A DNA stretch of 62,282 bases, counting the filler, from Dirinaria sp. TL-2023a (taxonomy: Eukaryota): assembly GCA_051941275.1 (NCBI GenBank). It is 29 parts of 29 records of this genome, joined end to end, with 100 filler letters (N's around TTAATTAATTAA, not from the genome) between each part and the next. Parts side by side here need not be neighbours in the genome. Positions count along the whole stretch, not along the records: positions 23,846 to 25,902 come from JAVEBF010002417.1; positions 26,003 to 28,059 come from JAVEBF010002418.1; positions 28,160 to 30,216 come from JAVEBF010002419.1; positions 30,317 to 32,372 come from JAVEBF010002420.1; positions 32,473 to 34,528 come from JAVEBF010002421.1; positions 34,629 to 36,683 come from JAVEBF010002422.1; 23 more parts are not named here. One strand, 5' to 3'. The first letter of the stretch is position 1; the number at the start of each line of letters is the position of its first letter. Shown piece after piece: positions 23,846-36,683 of this stretch. Under the pieces are notes generated by a model. That model saw only the letters and a list, made by a program, of their open reading frames with translations, was not told the origin of the DNA and did not search any database. The position numbers and the translations under genes are program-made.

Positions 23846-25902
23846 CGGACCAACACAGCCCGATGTCACGACAGCTTGGCAAAAGAGTGCCATTGGCCTC
23901 CCAGCCATGCAGCAATACTTTACATTCGGATTCCATCAATGCCGTTGGGGTTACGCCAATTGGTCCCAGCTACAAGAGGTCGTGGACAATTATGAAAAAT
24001 TTGGCATTCCGCTCGAGAATATCTGGACGGATATTGACTATATGAATCAGTATCGAGACTTCGACAACGATCCAATAAGGTATGGGTATTCGGAGGGCGA
24101 GACCTTTCTTTCAAACTTACATGCGGGCGGTCGTCACTACATTCCAATCATTGATTCTGCCATCTATGTGCCGAACCCTCAGAATGCGAGCGATAACTAC
24201 ACCATCTTCGATAACGGCAACGACACTGGCTCGTTCATGCTCAATCCCGATGGCAGTACATATATCGGTGAAGTCTGGCCCGGCTATACGGTCTTCCCTG
24301 ACTGGATCAGCGGCGGTGCTGGGCAATGGTGGATTAACGAAATGACGAACTGGCACTCCAAAGTCTCCTTCGATGGCGCATGGATCGATATGTCAGAAGT
24401 CTCGTCCTTTTGTATCGGCAGTTGCGGATCACAGAACATTACGATGAATCCCGTCCACCCCGGGTTTCAACTTCCTGGCGAGCCCGGCGACTTGGTACTC
24501 ACCTATCCAGAAGGCTTCAATCTCACCAATGCAACAGAGGCCGCATCAGCCTCCTCTGCGGCAGCCAGCCAATCCGCTGCCACCTCATCTGCCAGCGCCT
24601 CCTCCACTTCGACCTCATACCTCCGCACCACCCCTACGCCGGGCGTTCGAAACGTCAATTACCCACCCTATGTCATCAACAATGTACAGGGTGATCTCGC
24701 CGTGCACGCAGTCTCCCCCAACGCCACTCACCATGACGGCACGCTTGAATACGAAGTCCACAACCTCTTCGGCTACCAGATCCTCAATGCCACGTACCAC
24801 GCACTGCTGTCGGCCATGCCGAACAAACGCCCCTTCATTATCGGCCGCTCCACTTTCTCCGGCGCCGGAAAATGGGCCGGCCACTGGTAAGTTCTCAGCT
24901 TTACCTCCTCAAACCATATCGTGCGTCGTGAGAAGGTTCTAGCCGTCAATGCTCTCAAAAAGCTACCCGCAATGCAACCATTCACTTCCAATTAAACACC
25001 CAAAAGAAAAAAAAAACCCCCTAATGCTAACATATAAACTCCAAACCAACAGGGGCGGCGACAACACCAGTCTCTGGGCGTACATGTTCTTCAGCATCCC
25101 GCAAGCGCTCAGCTTCTCGCTCTTCGGGATCCCCATGTTCGGCGTCGACACATGCGGCTTCAACGGCAACAGCGACGAGGAGCTGTGCAACCGCTGGATG
25201 CAGCTGAGCGCCTTCTTCCCCTTCTACCGCAACCACAACACGCTCTCCGCGAACCCGCAAGAAGCCTACGTCTGGGCCTCGGTGATCGACGCCTCCAGGA
25301 CCGCCATGGAAATCCGCTACCTCCTCCTGCCCTACCTCTACACCCTCTTCCACCTCGCCCATACCACCGGCAGCACCGTGATGCGGGCGCTGAGCTGGGA
25401 ATTCCCCACGGACCCGTCCCTCGCCGCTGCAGATCGACAGTTCTTCCTCGGCCCGGCCCTGCTCGTGACCCCCGTGCTCGAGCAAGGCGCCACTTCCGTC
25501 GCCGGCGTCTTCCCAGGCTCCTCCTCCACTCAAGGAGGAGAAATCTACTACGACTGGTACAACCAGTCCGCGCTTCCCTCCATCTCTTCCGGCGGAAACC
25601 TCACCCTCCCCGCCCCACTAGGCCACATCCCGCTCTTCGTCCGCGGGGGCCACATCCTGCCCACCCAGACCCCGGCCCTGACAACGCGCGACTCCCGCTG
25701 CAATCCATGGGGCTTACTCGTGGCGCTGAACGTCCACGGCACGGCTTCAGGCAGCCTCTATGTCGACGACGGCGAAAGCCAGGTCCAGGCCGCGACGCTG
25801 TACGTCGAGTTCTTGGCTACTACGGGGGGGGAGTTGTATGCGTCTGCGCGCGGCGCGTTCAGGGATCTGAATCCGTTGGAGAGTGTGACGGTTATGGGTG
25901 TG
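23846..25902 (+). CDS. GH31 alpha-glucosidase, internal part; intron 24887-25052
   Basis: FGFHQCRWGY, WTDIDYM, catalytic WIDMSE, HW|GGDN, GVDTCGF, RWMQLSAFFPFYRNHN. Confidence 0.95.
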
Positions 25903-26468
25903 NNNNNNNNNNNNNNNNNNNNNNNNNNNNNNNNNNNNNNNNNNNNTTAATTAATTAANNNNNNNNNNNNNNNNNNNNNNNNNNNNNNNNNNNNNNNNNN
26001 NNCTCCTTTACTTTTATTTTTTTATCTATTTTTTTATTTTTATTCTTTTTGTGAGGGATTTTCTATTCAGAAACCCATTTTGTTTAGATTTTATCAGTGC
26101 ATCTAGTTCTAAATAGGGGGATAGACAGGTAAAAGATGGAGGAAGAAAAAAACTGGGTGAGCAAGGATTCATCTTGCCAACAGACATACGAAAACTAGCG
26201 GCTGCACCAAGGTAGCATTGGCAGAGCCACAGCATGCGGATCATGGTCTGATCTCCCTTTTCTGGAATGTATTGCGCTGAAGATGTGTGGGTGGGCTATA
26301 TGGCATCTTACATGCATTGCCGCTCGTTCTTCCAACTTCCCCCCTTTGTCTGTTGCTTTCCCTATATATCTAGAGGCGCCTTGTTGCATCAACCAGGCCC
26401 TCCCGTTCCCCTTGCATTGTATTACATCGATCTTTCTGCCCACTCTCTCTGCCTGCTTTTCTGCAATC

Positions 26469-27832
26469 ATGCTGCACCTGCTCTTCCACGTGCTTCTCCT
26501 GCCCTCTTTCCTCCTCGCTGCCCAACCACCACAAGATTGTACTTCACCCTCCGAGTCCCTCCCTAACCCCTTAACCGGCTACCCGGCCACGGTAGGAACG
26601 GGCACTGCCAACGGCACGATTGCTATCCTCCCTATCCCATACGCGACGGCGAGAAAGATTGTACCGAGTGAATATCCGATTTTGAAGAATGCGTACAAGG
26701 CGTTGTTTCCTGGATGGGTGGAGAAGGGGATTTTCCCGGTATGGAAATCCGTGGGAATCTTTGTTTTTTGTTTCTAAATTTCTTCGGCGCCCCCTCCCCC
26801 ATCCATAAATATGTGATGTGGTTTGACTCTTCGATCAGATGTACATTGCAATGATCCAAGACCATGATATAAAACAAGGTGGAAAGCCCGCGGCTCCGGA
26901 TTTCTCGGTGAGTTTTCTTTCTTTCTTTTTTTCTCCCTTAAACTCCTTCTCTCCATTGCCATTGTCCACGAAAATTTTCAAACTACACCAGTTACTCACA
27001 TACAGTATCCCTGTTAACAGCGCGCATCACTCATCTTCCCATTCATCGACCGCCTCAACAACGGCCACACGCCGTTCCGGTACGGCTCTCCGATCCTGAT
27101 CTCGCCGAACCCCGTCGTGGCGGCCAACGAGCCGGCGCTTCAGGAGACGTACGTAGGGTCCTTCGATCCACCATGCGCCGCCTACGCCGCGGTACCAGGA
27201 GGACACGGAGGCGTCACGTACATGAATGCTTGGGCCGGAGATGCGCAGGCACGAGGCCAGAAGCCCAGTTTCGAGACTCAATTTGCAAAGGTTGCAAAAG
27301 TGCCTTATGAATTTTCTACGTAAGTTTTTTTTTTCCCCCTCATTCTTCTCCCACTGGGTTGTTCTCCTTTTTTTTCTGTGGCTCCATCGGGCCACAACTT
27401 GCTTCATACGGCCTCACTGCGGGCTTATATCAGATTCTAAAAAATAAAAAAGATACAATCTCCTAGTAGCGCCACAAAACCGAGCCCCCCCCCCCCCCAA
27501 AAAAAAAAGCAAGGGGCCATCCTCTCTCTCTCTCACATACCCCTTTACAAACAAATCTAATCCCCTTCTTTTCTGTCTAAAGGTTCGAGAATATAACCAA
27601 CCAGCCGCTATTCGGAAACGGGACGGTCCCCGATATCTGCGACGCCTTCGTCGAGCTCTACAACACGACTTTGACTACAGGCGTAAATGTGCCAGTGCCC
27701 GTCGTGGGACAGGTGACTGTCCTTCCGCCGTTTTTCTCAAGTAAGAAGGTGTGGAGCGGCGTGTTTGGGTTTCGGTATGATGGGGCTTGGGTCGATAGGC
27801 CGGGGTTGCCGTGTACGAGCCTTGCGGGCTGA
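26469..27832 (+). CDS. Uncharacterised secreted glycoprotein, four exons
   Basis: Signal peptide MLHLLFHVLLLPSFLLA. GT-AG introns give a continuous frame through DHDI, FPFIDRL, FDPPC and NITNQPLFGNG to SLAG*. Several N-glycosylation sites. Confidence 0.75.
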
Positions 27833-28413
27833 TTGTATTCTTCCTTTCTCTTTTTACATTTTACGATTGGAGGAAAGGGAAGAACGAGGTTTTATATACA
27901 CCTAAGGGCTGTTTTTCACAAACATATTGTCATCCGCCTCAAATTGATTTCTTTTACAATATACCAACACAGTCTCGATTCTGTGTCATATCGATGTTTC
28001 ATATACGAAGTAAATTTCATCGAACATGCATTGATTGATCCTGACATACGGCACATAGTNNNNNNNNNNNNNNNNNNNNNNNNNNNNNNNNNNNNNNNNN
28101 NNNTTAATTAATTAANNNNNNNNNNNNNNNNNNNNNNNNNNNNNNNNNNNNNNNNNNNNTACTCTAAGACCCTCTCCAGTCTTCGGATAGCCGCTGGACA
28201 TCTGAAGCCGAGGGGAAAAAAAACCCTTTCCAGCCTTCTGCCCCCCCCCCAAGGTCAATATGCGAACAACGCGGGCCAGCCTTCCCTACGCCCTGCCAAC
28301 GAGTAAAGCCTCGCAACAGTCTCAATAGCGTTGCCTTTGCTTTTCTAGATGTTTGTGCAATCTGCTTGCTAGATCTCACGTGCTATTTGTCGTGATACAT
28401 CTCTCACCAACTC

Positions 28414-29457
28414 ATGGCTACCACCGCTCATTGTTGCTATTGCTTCGAGGTGCTCGCAGCTACATTAGAGAAACGTTCCCATCGCAGCCTGAACCAAACC
28501 CAAGATCTATGGACCCAATACCAGCAGGACCTTTCGCTGGAGGACGCGAAGAAAGGGCAAGAGGATGACGAAATGACACAGGATGACGGCGAGTCGAGCG
28601 ACGGGGTCCTGGAGGAGCTGGAAACCGACGACGAGGAGCCGCGCCGGCCAACCCCGTCCATGCTACAGCCGCCTAAAATATCACGGCTGCAGGCATCGGC
28701 GTCGCCCGCAAGTGCTTCCACCGTCTCCACCCCGTCATCACTCTCTGCCACCTCCTCCCGAGCAGCTCTGGGCGAATCGTCCAAGTCATCCTCCAATACC
28801 TCCTTCTTCTCCTTCACTCGCCGCTCGCAACAGCCTTCGCCCGCTCGAAAAGAAGAAGAATATCCGCTCTTCGTAACGTGGAACACCGTCTCAAGCCGCG
28901 GCCACAAGTCGCTTCGAGGGTGCATCGGCACTTTCGATGCCCGGGAGCTATCGGATGGTTTAGCAAGCTATGCATTGACTGCGTAAGTCTCTCTTTCCCA
29001 ATTCCGACAAAAATTTCTTTTTCTTTTCGAGACAAAACCGTAGCAAGCTAAATCTTTCCCTATTTGATATATTAGAGCGTTCGATGACACGCGCTTCACG
29101 CCCATCAATCTGTCCGAGCTGCCTACTCTAGCCGCGTCCGTCACCCTCCTCACGGCTTTCACCCCGGCCCAGCATCCCATGGACTGGGACCTGGGCACGC
29201 ACGGTCTCCGCGTCTCGTTCTCCCACCACGGAAAACGCTACGGGGCCACCTACTTGCCCGACGTCGCCGTCGAGCAAGGCTGGACAAAGGAACAGACCAT
29301 CGTCAGTCTGATGCGGAAAGCGGGCTGGGTGGGCAGAAGTGCGGACTGGAAGAAGGTCGCAGACCTCCGGGTTGTGCGGTATCAGGGCAAAAAGGCCAGC
29401 GTCGGCTATCGAGAGTGGAGGGACTGGAGGACGTGGGTGGAGAAGGAAGAAAGGTAG
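28414..29457 (+). CDS. AMMECR1-domain protein; intron 28983-29075
   Basis: HCCYCFEVL, YPLFVTWN, LRGCIGTF, AFDDTRF, GTHGLR, ATYLPDVAVEQGW. Confidence 0.93.
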
Positions 29458-30316
29458 GGTAAAGTAGAGCCTGAGCCTGTCTCTCATTACTGGCGCGTCC
29501 AATTCGTCAATCCGACAATCTAAATGAAAGGGTGTCAAACTTGGCAACCCGGACAGGTCGTCGTCAGCTTCCCTCCTACCCAATAATAAAATTCCCGGGC
29601 AAGAATTGGGAGAATCTCGTGGCAGGGTTTTTTCGAGGCAGGGAGAGGTACGGACGAATATACCCTTGGGGCTTTTTTTTAATCTACTGGTGTAAGATGA
29701 TTTGAAGGAATCATTTTCTTGGGGAGGCCCCTCTTCCCTCCCTCTGCATGCTTGAATACAATAGGAAAAGGTCTAACACCACCTACACACGCAAACCGCA
29801 AACAGTAAGGTAGTAGTGCAATAATAATAAATGGATCGGGGTTGTTTTACTTTTACTTGGCTTCGTCAAAATCCCTACCTGTCCACAGCGCACGCGTAAT
29901 TAGGTATAGAATCCATCTCACATTCAAAAATGACCTTATTTCACCTTACCTATCCTATACTTGAAGCAGGCCAAGCAAAATCTGCTCTCATCATCGTCAC
30001 GGCCGACCCGGGCTGGTCTGGGCTGGGCTGGGCTGCAGGGCTGCAGAGCCTGCAGAACATAAATAATGTGCTGCTGTACTTACCCTTTCTGGGTTTGGCG
30101 TCGATAATTTGGGGGAGCTGCTGCTACCTCTACCGTATCACGGCTATTCTTGCATTTCGAAAAAGGCGCTCTATGCATTCTTCGGCACTACTTTTTTTTG
30201 CGGCGGTACTATTACTNNNNNNNNNNNNNNNNNNNNNNNNNNNNNNNNNNNNNNNNNNNNTTAATTAATTAANNNNNNNNNNNNNNNNNNNNNNNNNNNN
30301 NNNNNNNNNNNNNNNN

Positions 30317-32372
30317 GACGCTTCGCAATTACATCGTCGATGCACTTGAAAAGAATTGAATTCGATCATTCAGCGATCTCATCGAAGCGTCTGTGTTGTT
30401 TGTAAAGAAGTTCGATGATAATTTACGACTTTGTGTTGATTATCGAGAACTCAATGAGATCATCATCAAGAATAAATATCTCTTGTCGCTATTTTCTGAG
30501 ACGCTCGAGCGATTCGCGCGTGCTCGTCATTTTATCAAAATCGATATTAGAAACGTTTATCATCGCATTCGAATTCGCAAAGACGAGAAATGAAAGATCG
30601 CGTTTCGTACTCGTTATGATCAATTTGAATATCAAGTAATATCTTTCGATCTGACTAACGTTTCTGCTATTTTTCAGTCTTATGTAAATCACACGTTGAA
30701 ATCATACATCGACGTGTGTTATATGATTTATCTGAATGATGTTCTCATTTATTCAGAGACTGAGAAGCAGCATTGAGAGAATGTTCGTCGAATGTTTCGC
30801 GTCTTGTTAGCACATCGTCTCTACGCGAAGCTATTTAAGTGTGCTTTCAATCGCAGTGAGATATCTTTTCTTGAATTCATAGTAAAGCAAAGTGAGATTC
30901 AAATGAAACAATCGCGTATCGAAGTCATTTCTGAATGATCGATACTCAAATCTGAGAAAGACATTTTAATCTTCTTGAGATTTGCTGAATTTTATCGACG
31001 CTTTATTCGCGGATTCTCGCAAATAGTCGCGTCGCTAACTGATTTAACAATCGAAGCGAAGAAGAGCGAAGCTCGTTTCTCGTTCAATTGAAACGTTAAA
31101 ACGAAGAAAACGTTCGAACGACTTAAGCAGACGTTTATCGGCGCTTCTATTTTGCAGCATTATGATTGAGATGCTTCGCTTCAAATGAAAACGAATGCTT
31201 CAAAACGAAGAGTCGATGATGTGCTCAATCAACTGAGTCGCGATCGTTAATGACACTCGATTGCGTTTTTTAACTATAAATTCAAGAGAGCAGAGACTCG
31301 CTGAAACACGCATAACAAAAAGTTGTATGCGATAGTTCTGAGATTTAAAAATTGAAGACACTATTTTCAAGATAGTCAACACCTCATTCGTGTGATCACG
31401 AATTACAATAATCTTCGTTATTTTATGACAACGAAGAAGCTCACTGCTAAATAAATTCGCTGAGTAGAGAAGCTTGCTACGTTTAACTTTATCATAAAGT
31501 ATCGCAAAGAGAAACTTAATTCCGCGAATGCGTCGTCAAGAAGACTCGATCTTATGACATTCGATGAAAGCGACGATAATAACGACGACTTTCTACTCAC
31601 ATTGCAAAATAAATTTCGTTTTGCTGAGTATCAGTCTGAGCAGTTGAGTGACGCAAGCGTCTTTTCTGCGATCAAACTAGCAGCGTTGACAGCGCAACTG
31701 AGTGATAATGTCATCGCAGATACTCAAGTCAGAGACTTAAATGAGAAAATGCTCGATAAACGTCGCAGTCTTTTAAACTCTGCTTCGTCTCGACTTTTAG
31801 TACATCGAGTGATTAAGTCGAAAAGATTCTTCGTTGCTTTGCAAGAGTTTATGACTGCGTGATTGCATCAATTACAACAGAAGAACGCTTTTGTTGTGAA
31901 GAAGCAATGACGACAGAGATTTGCAAGCAAAAAGAAAGAACTTTCGCATTGAAATATGAGCGAGAATGAACTGTTACGTCGAGATCTCGCCGTCTATGTT
32001 TTTAACGACTCTGCTACGAAGAAAAAGATTCTTCGTACTCATCATGATGACTCTGATGCGAATCATTTTGCGCGAAGTCGTACAGAAACTGCGATTCGCA
32101 AGAAATATTTCTGATTCAGCATGCTGTCAGAAATCGAGAATTATGTTCGCTCATATCTCGATTGTCAACGAGTGCGAGTTTATCATCATAAATCTTATGA
32201 CGAACTTGAATCAATTTCATCAGATGAAGAGCAATCATTTAATACTATTACTCTAAACTTCATTACTGATATGTTCTCTGCTAAGAATTTATATACTGAA
32301 AAGATCAGTGATGCTATTTTGATAATAGTTGATAAAGTAACTAAGTACGTCACGTACATATCTATCATCTCG
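30317..32372 (+). mobile_element. Ty3/gypsy pol remnant (RT, RNase H, integrase zinc finger), many stops
   Basis: LRLCVDYRELN, DE*KIAFRTRYD, YLNDVLIYS (from YLDD), FAEFYRRFI, ITNYNNL, HHD...NHF...CQR, ITLNFITD. Confidence 0.93.
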
Positions 32373-32472
32373 NNNNNNNNNNNNNNNNNNNNNNNNNNNN
32401 NNNNNNNNNNNNNNNNTTAATTAATTAANNNNNNNNNNNNNNNNNNNNNNNNNNNNNNNNNNNNNNNNNNNN

Positions 32473-32622
32473 TCAGATGAATTTTTCATTTCATTATCTA
32501 CTCCGCAGTATATTAGTCTGTCAGCAACATCGTCTGTGATGAAGCTCAGATCTATGATAGTCTGAGCCCCCTGATAGTCCCGCGTTATGATATTACTTGG
32601 GAGCGCCAGCGAGGCGCCGACG
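32473..32622 (-). mobile_element. LINE endonuclease (APE) fragment
   Basis: Minus strand reads ASLALPSNIITRDYQGAQTIIDLSFITDDVADRLIYC...NSS, resembling the T.IDL.F...SDH end of the APE domain. Confidence 0.5.
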
Positions 32623-33033
32623 CTTTATTATCGTTATTTATGTTGATAATTTTCTCATAATCGAATTTTTTAAAATCAAGGTTCAAAAAATTAAACAAAT
32701 GCTTTATATTAAATTTATATAAAACTTATTCGTATTCGTGATCCTTATTCGTATCCGTCAAGTCGGAGAAACTATTAGAGTTGTCGCAGGATTTTTATTA
32801 AACTATCGCATATATCACATATCAGAAGAAATGTATTCATCATCATTATTTGCATCTATATCAAAATAATCAGATTAATGTATTAACTTGCAATTTGAGT
32901 ACGTTTTAAAAAATTTGAAAAAAATTTACTGCTAAATATATCAAATAGATATTATAGTATCAGCTGACAAATTAATTTATCTCATCTATATTATCTGTTT
33001 CATCTGTATCATCTGCATTATCTGCATTTACTA

Positions 33034-33430
33034 ATGATTTTTTCATCGTTATCATCGTTTCGCGAAAACGAGTATATATTTATCGAGATTGTTTCGATCA
33101 TGTCGTCGTCGTCAATTGATGACGCGAAATCTGAAATCGACGAAATTTTTCTTCAGACGTTAAATATCTTCATCAAAAAGCACGATTATGCAATCGTTAT
33201 CAAAAACTCTGTTAAATCGTCTCAAGATGTAAAAAATAAGTTTTATATTCGCTGTACACGAGATAAAAAGTCGAAATCTCATGTAAATGTAACGAAACGC
33301 TCTGATGCAAATAACAAACTCATTGATTGCTCGTTTCGCATCGTCGTCAGATTTATCGACGATGACATGTAAAAATTCATCGTCATATTTCGTGCGAAAC
33401 ATAATTATGAAAATAATATTGAAGACTCTT
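33034..33430 (+). mobile_element. Mutator (MULE) transposase N-terminal FAR1/WRKY-like domain remnant
   Basis: KHDYAIVIKNS...IRCTRD...KLIDCSFRI...*KFIV...KHNY (C..C..H pattern). Ends where the LTR at 33442 begins. Confidence 0.6.
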
Positions 33431-33441
33431 ATTCAAATTGG

Positions 33442-33690
33442 TGTCAGGATCGGTGCAGAAGATATGATCTATGCAGGTGCTATTAACTAAATACACAAAG
33501 CATAAAGAAGAAAAGAAATCTACGAACTAAAATCAGACATAATATGAATGTGTAGGCGTTGGACCCTAATCGATCGGACCGACCACCACTTCGGATGCGC
33601 TAACCTCGATCAGATCAAAACTCAACATCACACACAAAAATCTTGTAAAAAATGATCCGAGTAACAACAGTAAGAGTCAGACTCGTAACA
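33442..33690 (-). mobile_element. 3' LTR (249 bp) of a minus-strand chromovirus
   Basis: TG...CA ends. Minus-strand PPT GAGAGAGGGGAATAG abuts 33690. Confidence 0.75.
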
Positions 33691-34528
33691 CTATTCCCCT
33701 CTCTCAAAAAACGATGTTCTCATCGCGTGTATATCTTAATTATGACGTTGATAACGTCTCTGCGAAGATTTGTTATTGTTGACGTTTTTCGTCTCGTCGG
33801 AGTATCGATGATGATAGTTCTGAGTGATATTCTTCGCATGCATGAACTCGTCATTATCGATATCGTATCATGTCAAATCTTTACTCTTTTTTTCTATTTA
33901 TCGACAACGATATTGTAATCTCTCATAATGTCAGCGCGAGCTGATTATGTCAATCAGCTCTCATTCATCGTTTTCGTTGATGACGATTTTATCGAGAGAT
34001 TCTTGTATTTGACTCGATAAAAAGTTTTCGAGATTTTTGCGCAATAGATTTGAGTGAAATACATTGTGTATTCTCATGATATTAGAGAGTTGAAGCTCAT
34101 AAAAGATTTCTATGACTTTGATTATCGAGAAAAATTCTAGCATCTTGTTTTCGATTTTTCTTGAAGATCTATCGATGACAATATTCTTGCTCGATAAAAA
34201 TATGATGTTCTCAACGTTATAAAATATCTCTTTTTTACTTTTATTCGTTTGTTTCTTCATGATCGTTTGTGAGATCTCTGCGTTTTCTCTCATCAGATTC
34301 AGTACGTTCTTCATGATATCTGTTATATTCTTCGTCTTCGTCGTTTGTAGACGATCTCTTACAATGATGTATTTGATATCGTCAGAGAAGAAGAACATGC
34401 GAGAGTGAAAGTCTTTATTGACGTAAAGAGAGTCATATCGATATCGACGACGACTGCGTTATTGTCAGCGAATTCTGTCATCGATAAAAGATCAACTCAG
34501 TTGTTCTGCATGTAATTGCAGTATAGAC
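33691..34528 (-). mobile_element. Ty3/gypsy chromovirus integrase C-terminus and chromodomain remnant
   Basis: EFADNNA..., YELQLSNIMRIHNVFHSNLL, then DE*ELIDIISSR*HYERLQYRCR*...DLT*Y chromodomain. Confidence 0.85.
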
Positions 34529-34893
34529 NNNNNNNNNNNNNNNNNNNNNNNNNNNNNNNNNNNNNNNNNNNNTTAATTAATTAANNNNNNNNNNNNNNNN
34601 NNNNNNNNNNNNNNNNNNNNNNNNNNNNAGGGGTTGTCGAGGCCTTTATATATAGAGGACGCAGGCGCAGTTTTGATACTCTATGGCTACCGCCACGTGT
34701 GTGTATGTATGTGTGTGTTTGAATCAAATAATATATCAAAGCGCAAGGTCGGGCAGCGAAATGCATGAAGTGTATAGACTGCTGTCTGACTGAAATATGG
34801 AAACATCAGTAATTTGTATGAGCGCATACAAAAGCACCTCGCAGGAGAAAGTATTAAAGTCCAAAAAACAAAATGAGAAAGAAAGAAAAAAGT

Positions 34894-35029
34894 TGCCTCA
34901 CCCCTGAATCGAACACTCGCCCAAAAAAATTCGACAACCGATACTCCAATTGCTACACCCTCAGATTCCACAAAGGACATGGGCTACTAATGCAGAGTTG
35001 GAGCTCTGTCCAAGTTGGACCAACACGGC
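34894..35029 (-). ncRNA. tRNA-derived element with internal hairpin insert, copy 1
   Basis: GCCGTGT-TGGTCCAACTTGG (A-box-like), GAGC D-stem arm, TCCAA/TTGGA stem around an insert, GTTCGATTC B-box, GAGGCA end, then oligo-T. Confidence 0.5.
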
Positions 35030-36322
35030 TGCCGTGGAAATCTTTGGCAGTATTTTCATTATATCTATTTTCACAACCACTTTTTCAGTTTAGACTGATC
35101 GTACATATATAATTAATCCACGACATAAGATAGCACATTTACTTTGCAGTATGATCTACTCTTCGTTCTTCTTGGTTCTTTTCTAATAACTTCAATTGGG
35201 AGTTACATTCACATTGGAGGATCTGATAACAGTTTACGTATTATCAAACGAGACAATCCGTACGAATCTTTATGACTCAGAGTATCGACACAGTGGATCT
35301 TAAGCAACGAGTCTGACTCTACTAGACTCGAGCAATTTGATAGCGAGAAAATCATTTCGTGATATTCTTTGTATGCATCTCGATGTCAACTCGAAGACTA
35401 TCTACCACACCTGTTTATCGAGTGTTTAGCAGGGAGAGGAAAAAGTGTCTTGATGCCTGGATACACACGCAGCTAGGTGGTCATGTGTATGTCGGTGTTA
35501 CCCCATGGAAGTCCTTGATGCTGCATCCGGTGCGTGTTTGAGGCCATCGATGTCATGGCGCATGGCTATGTGATCGCTTACAGGTAGTCAGCTGACCTAG
35601 AGCAGGTTCTTTTCTCGATCTTACTACCTAGAAACTCATTTTCTGGACCTTTGCGATGCAGGTAGCAGTGTGAGCAGTGTCTTTTCGGCAGTGTGCTTGA
35701 CAGTGTGTATAGATGAGTATAAAGCGCACTTTCAGTCCCACCTTTGACTTCCACAATTACTTGATCATCGCCCGCTTCATTTCCGCATCCGACATCCCAT
35801 TGCGAAAGCCCTTTTCCCATCCACACACTCCAGGTATCAACCGCAAAGGTAGAGAGAGTTGCTGGCGCTAGCGGAAGCATACTTTGAGATATTTGTTACC
35901 TGCTAGGTAGACGCCTCTGGCGCCGGCGAGGGTTAGAACCAATACATATTGCTTTTGCCAATTCTAGTTTCATAAGACATCGATAGTACTTCGTAAGACA
36001 CATTATTAGAATAAGAACATGCAAAGATTTGTTCAATTGATCCCATCAGATTTGCTCTCTCGCGAAGTGGGATCGACGAGAAGAAGATGATTCTGGAGTC
36101 GGAACTTTAGATCCATTGTTCATCGACTGAGGAAACGTACACTGCGTAATTTTCGTAATTCTGTCTGTAGCGAGCCTTTTTGTAAATCAGATTCTCTTGT
36201 CTGAGACTCTATCAAAAACGTAACAGAACAATAAGAAAACGTGATATGCTGTTGGAAACCCAATGATCGACAATCAAATTTAGTGTTTATATTAAATAAT
36301 ATTATCCAACATTTTCACCGCA

Positions 36323-36462
36323 GCCGTGTTGGTTCAAGTTATTTGATCAGAGCTCCAACTCTGCATTAGTAGCCCATGTCCTTTGTGGAATCTGAGGGTG
36401 TAGCAATTCGAGTATCGGTTGTCGGTTTTTTTTTGGGCAGGGTTCGATTCAGGGGTAAGGCA
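36323..36462 (+). ncRNA. tRNA-derived element, copy 2 (inverted relative to copy 1)
   Basis: Central ~75 nt match copy 1 at all but one position. GGTTCGATTC B-box and a T-rich tail. Confidence 0.5.
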
Positions 36463-36655
36463 ACTTTCTTCTTCTTCTTTTTTTTTCTGTTTTTCTGTTG
36501 TTGATCTTACTTTTATTCTCAATTTAATTTCAATGCTTTCGTAGAAATAGGTATTGTTAGATCTTCGTATATAAGCTTAAAACCTCACAAGCAAATTTAT
36601 TTCTTTGTAAAATGTGTGTTTATGTAGAATAATATTACCAAAGGTTTTCACGGCA

Positions 36656-36683
36656 GCCGTGTTGGTTCAAGTTATTTGATCAG
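36656..36683 (+). ncRNA. tRNA-derived element, copy 3, cut by the contig end
   Basis: GCCGTGTTGGTTCAAGTTATTTGATCAG identical to the start of copy 2, with a similar upstream flank. Confidence 0.5.

Noticed and set aside
30317..32372. TGA read as Trp (alternative genetic code)
   Set aside because: Gly and Pro codons decay by the same GG>GA and CC>TC rule, and host genes use TGG with TGA as stop. This is mutation, not recoding.
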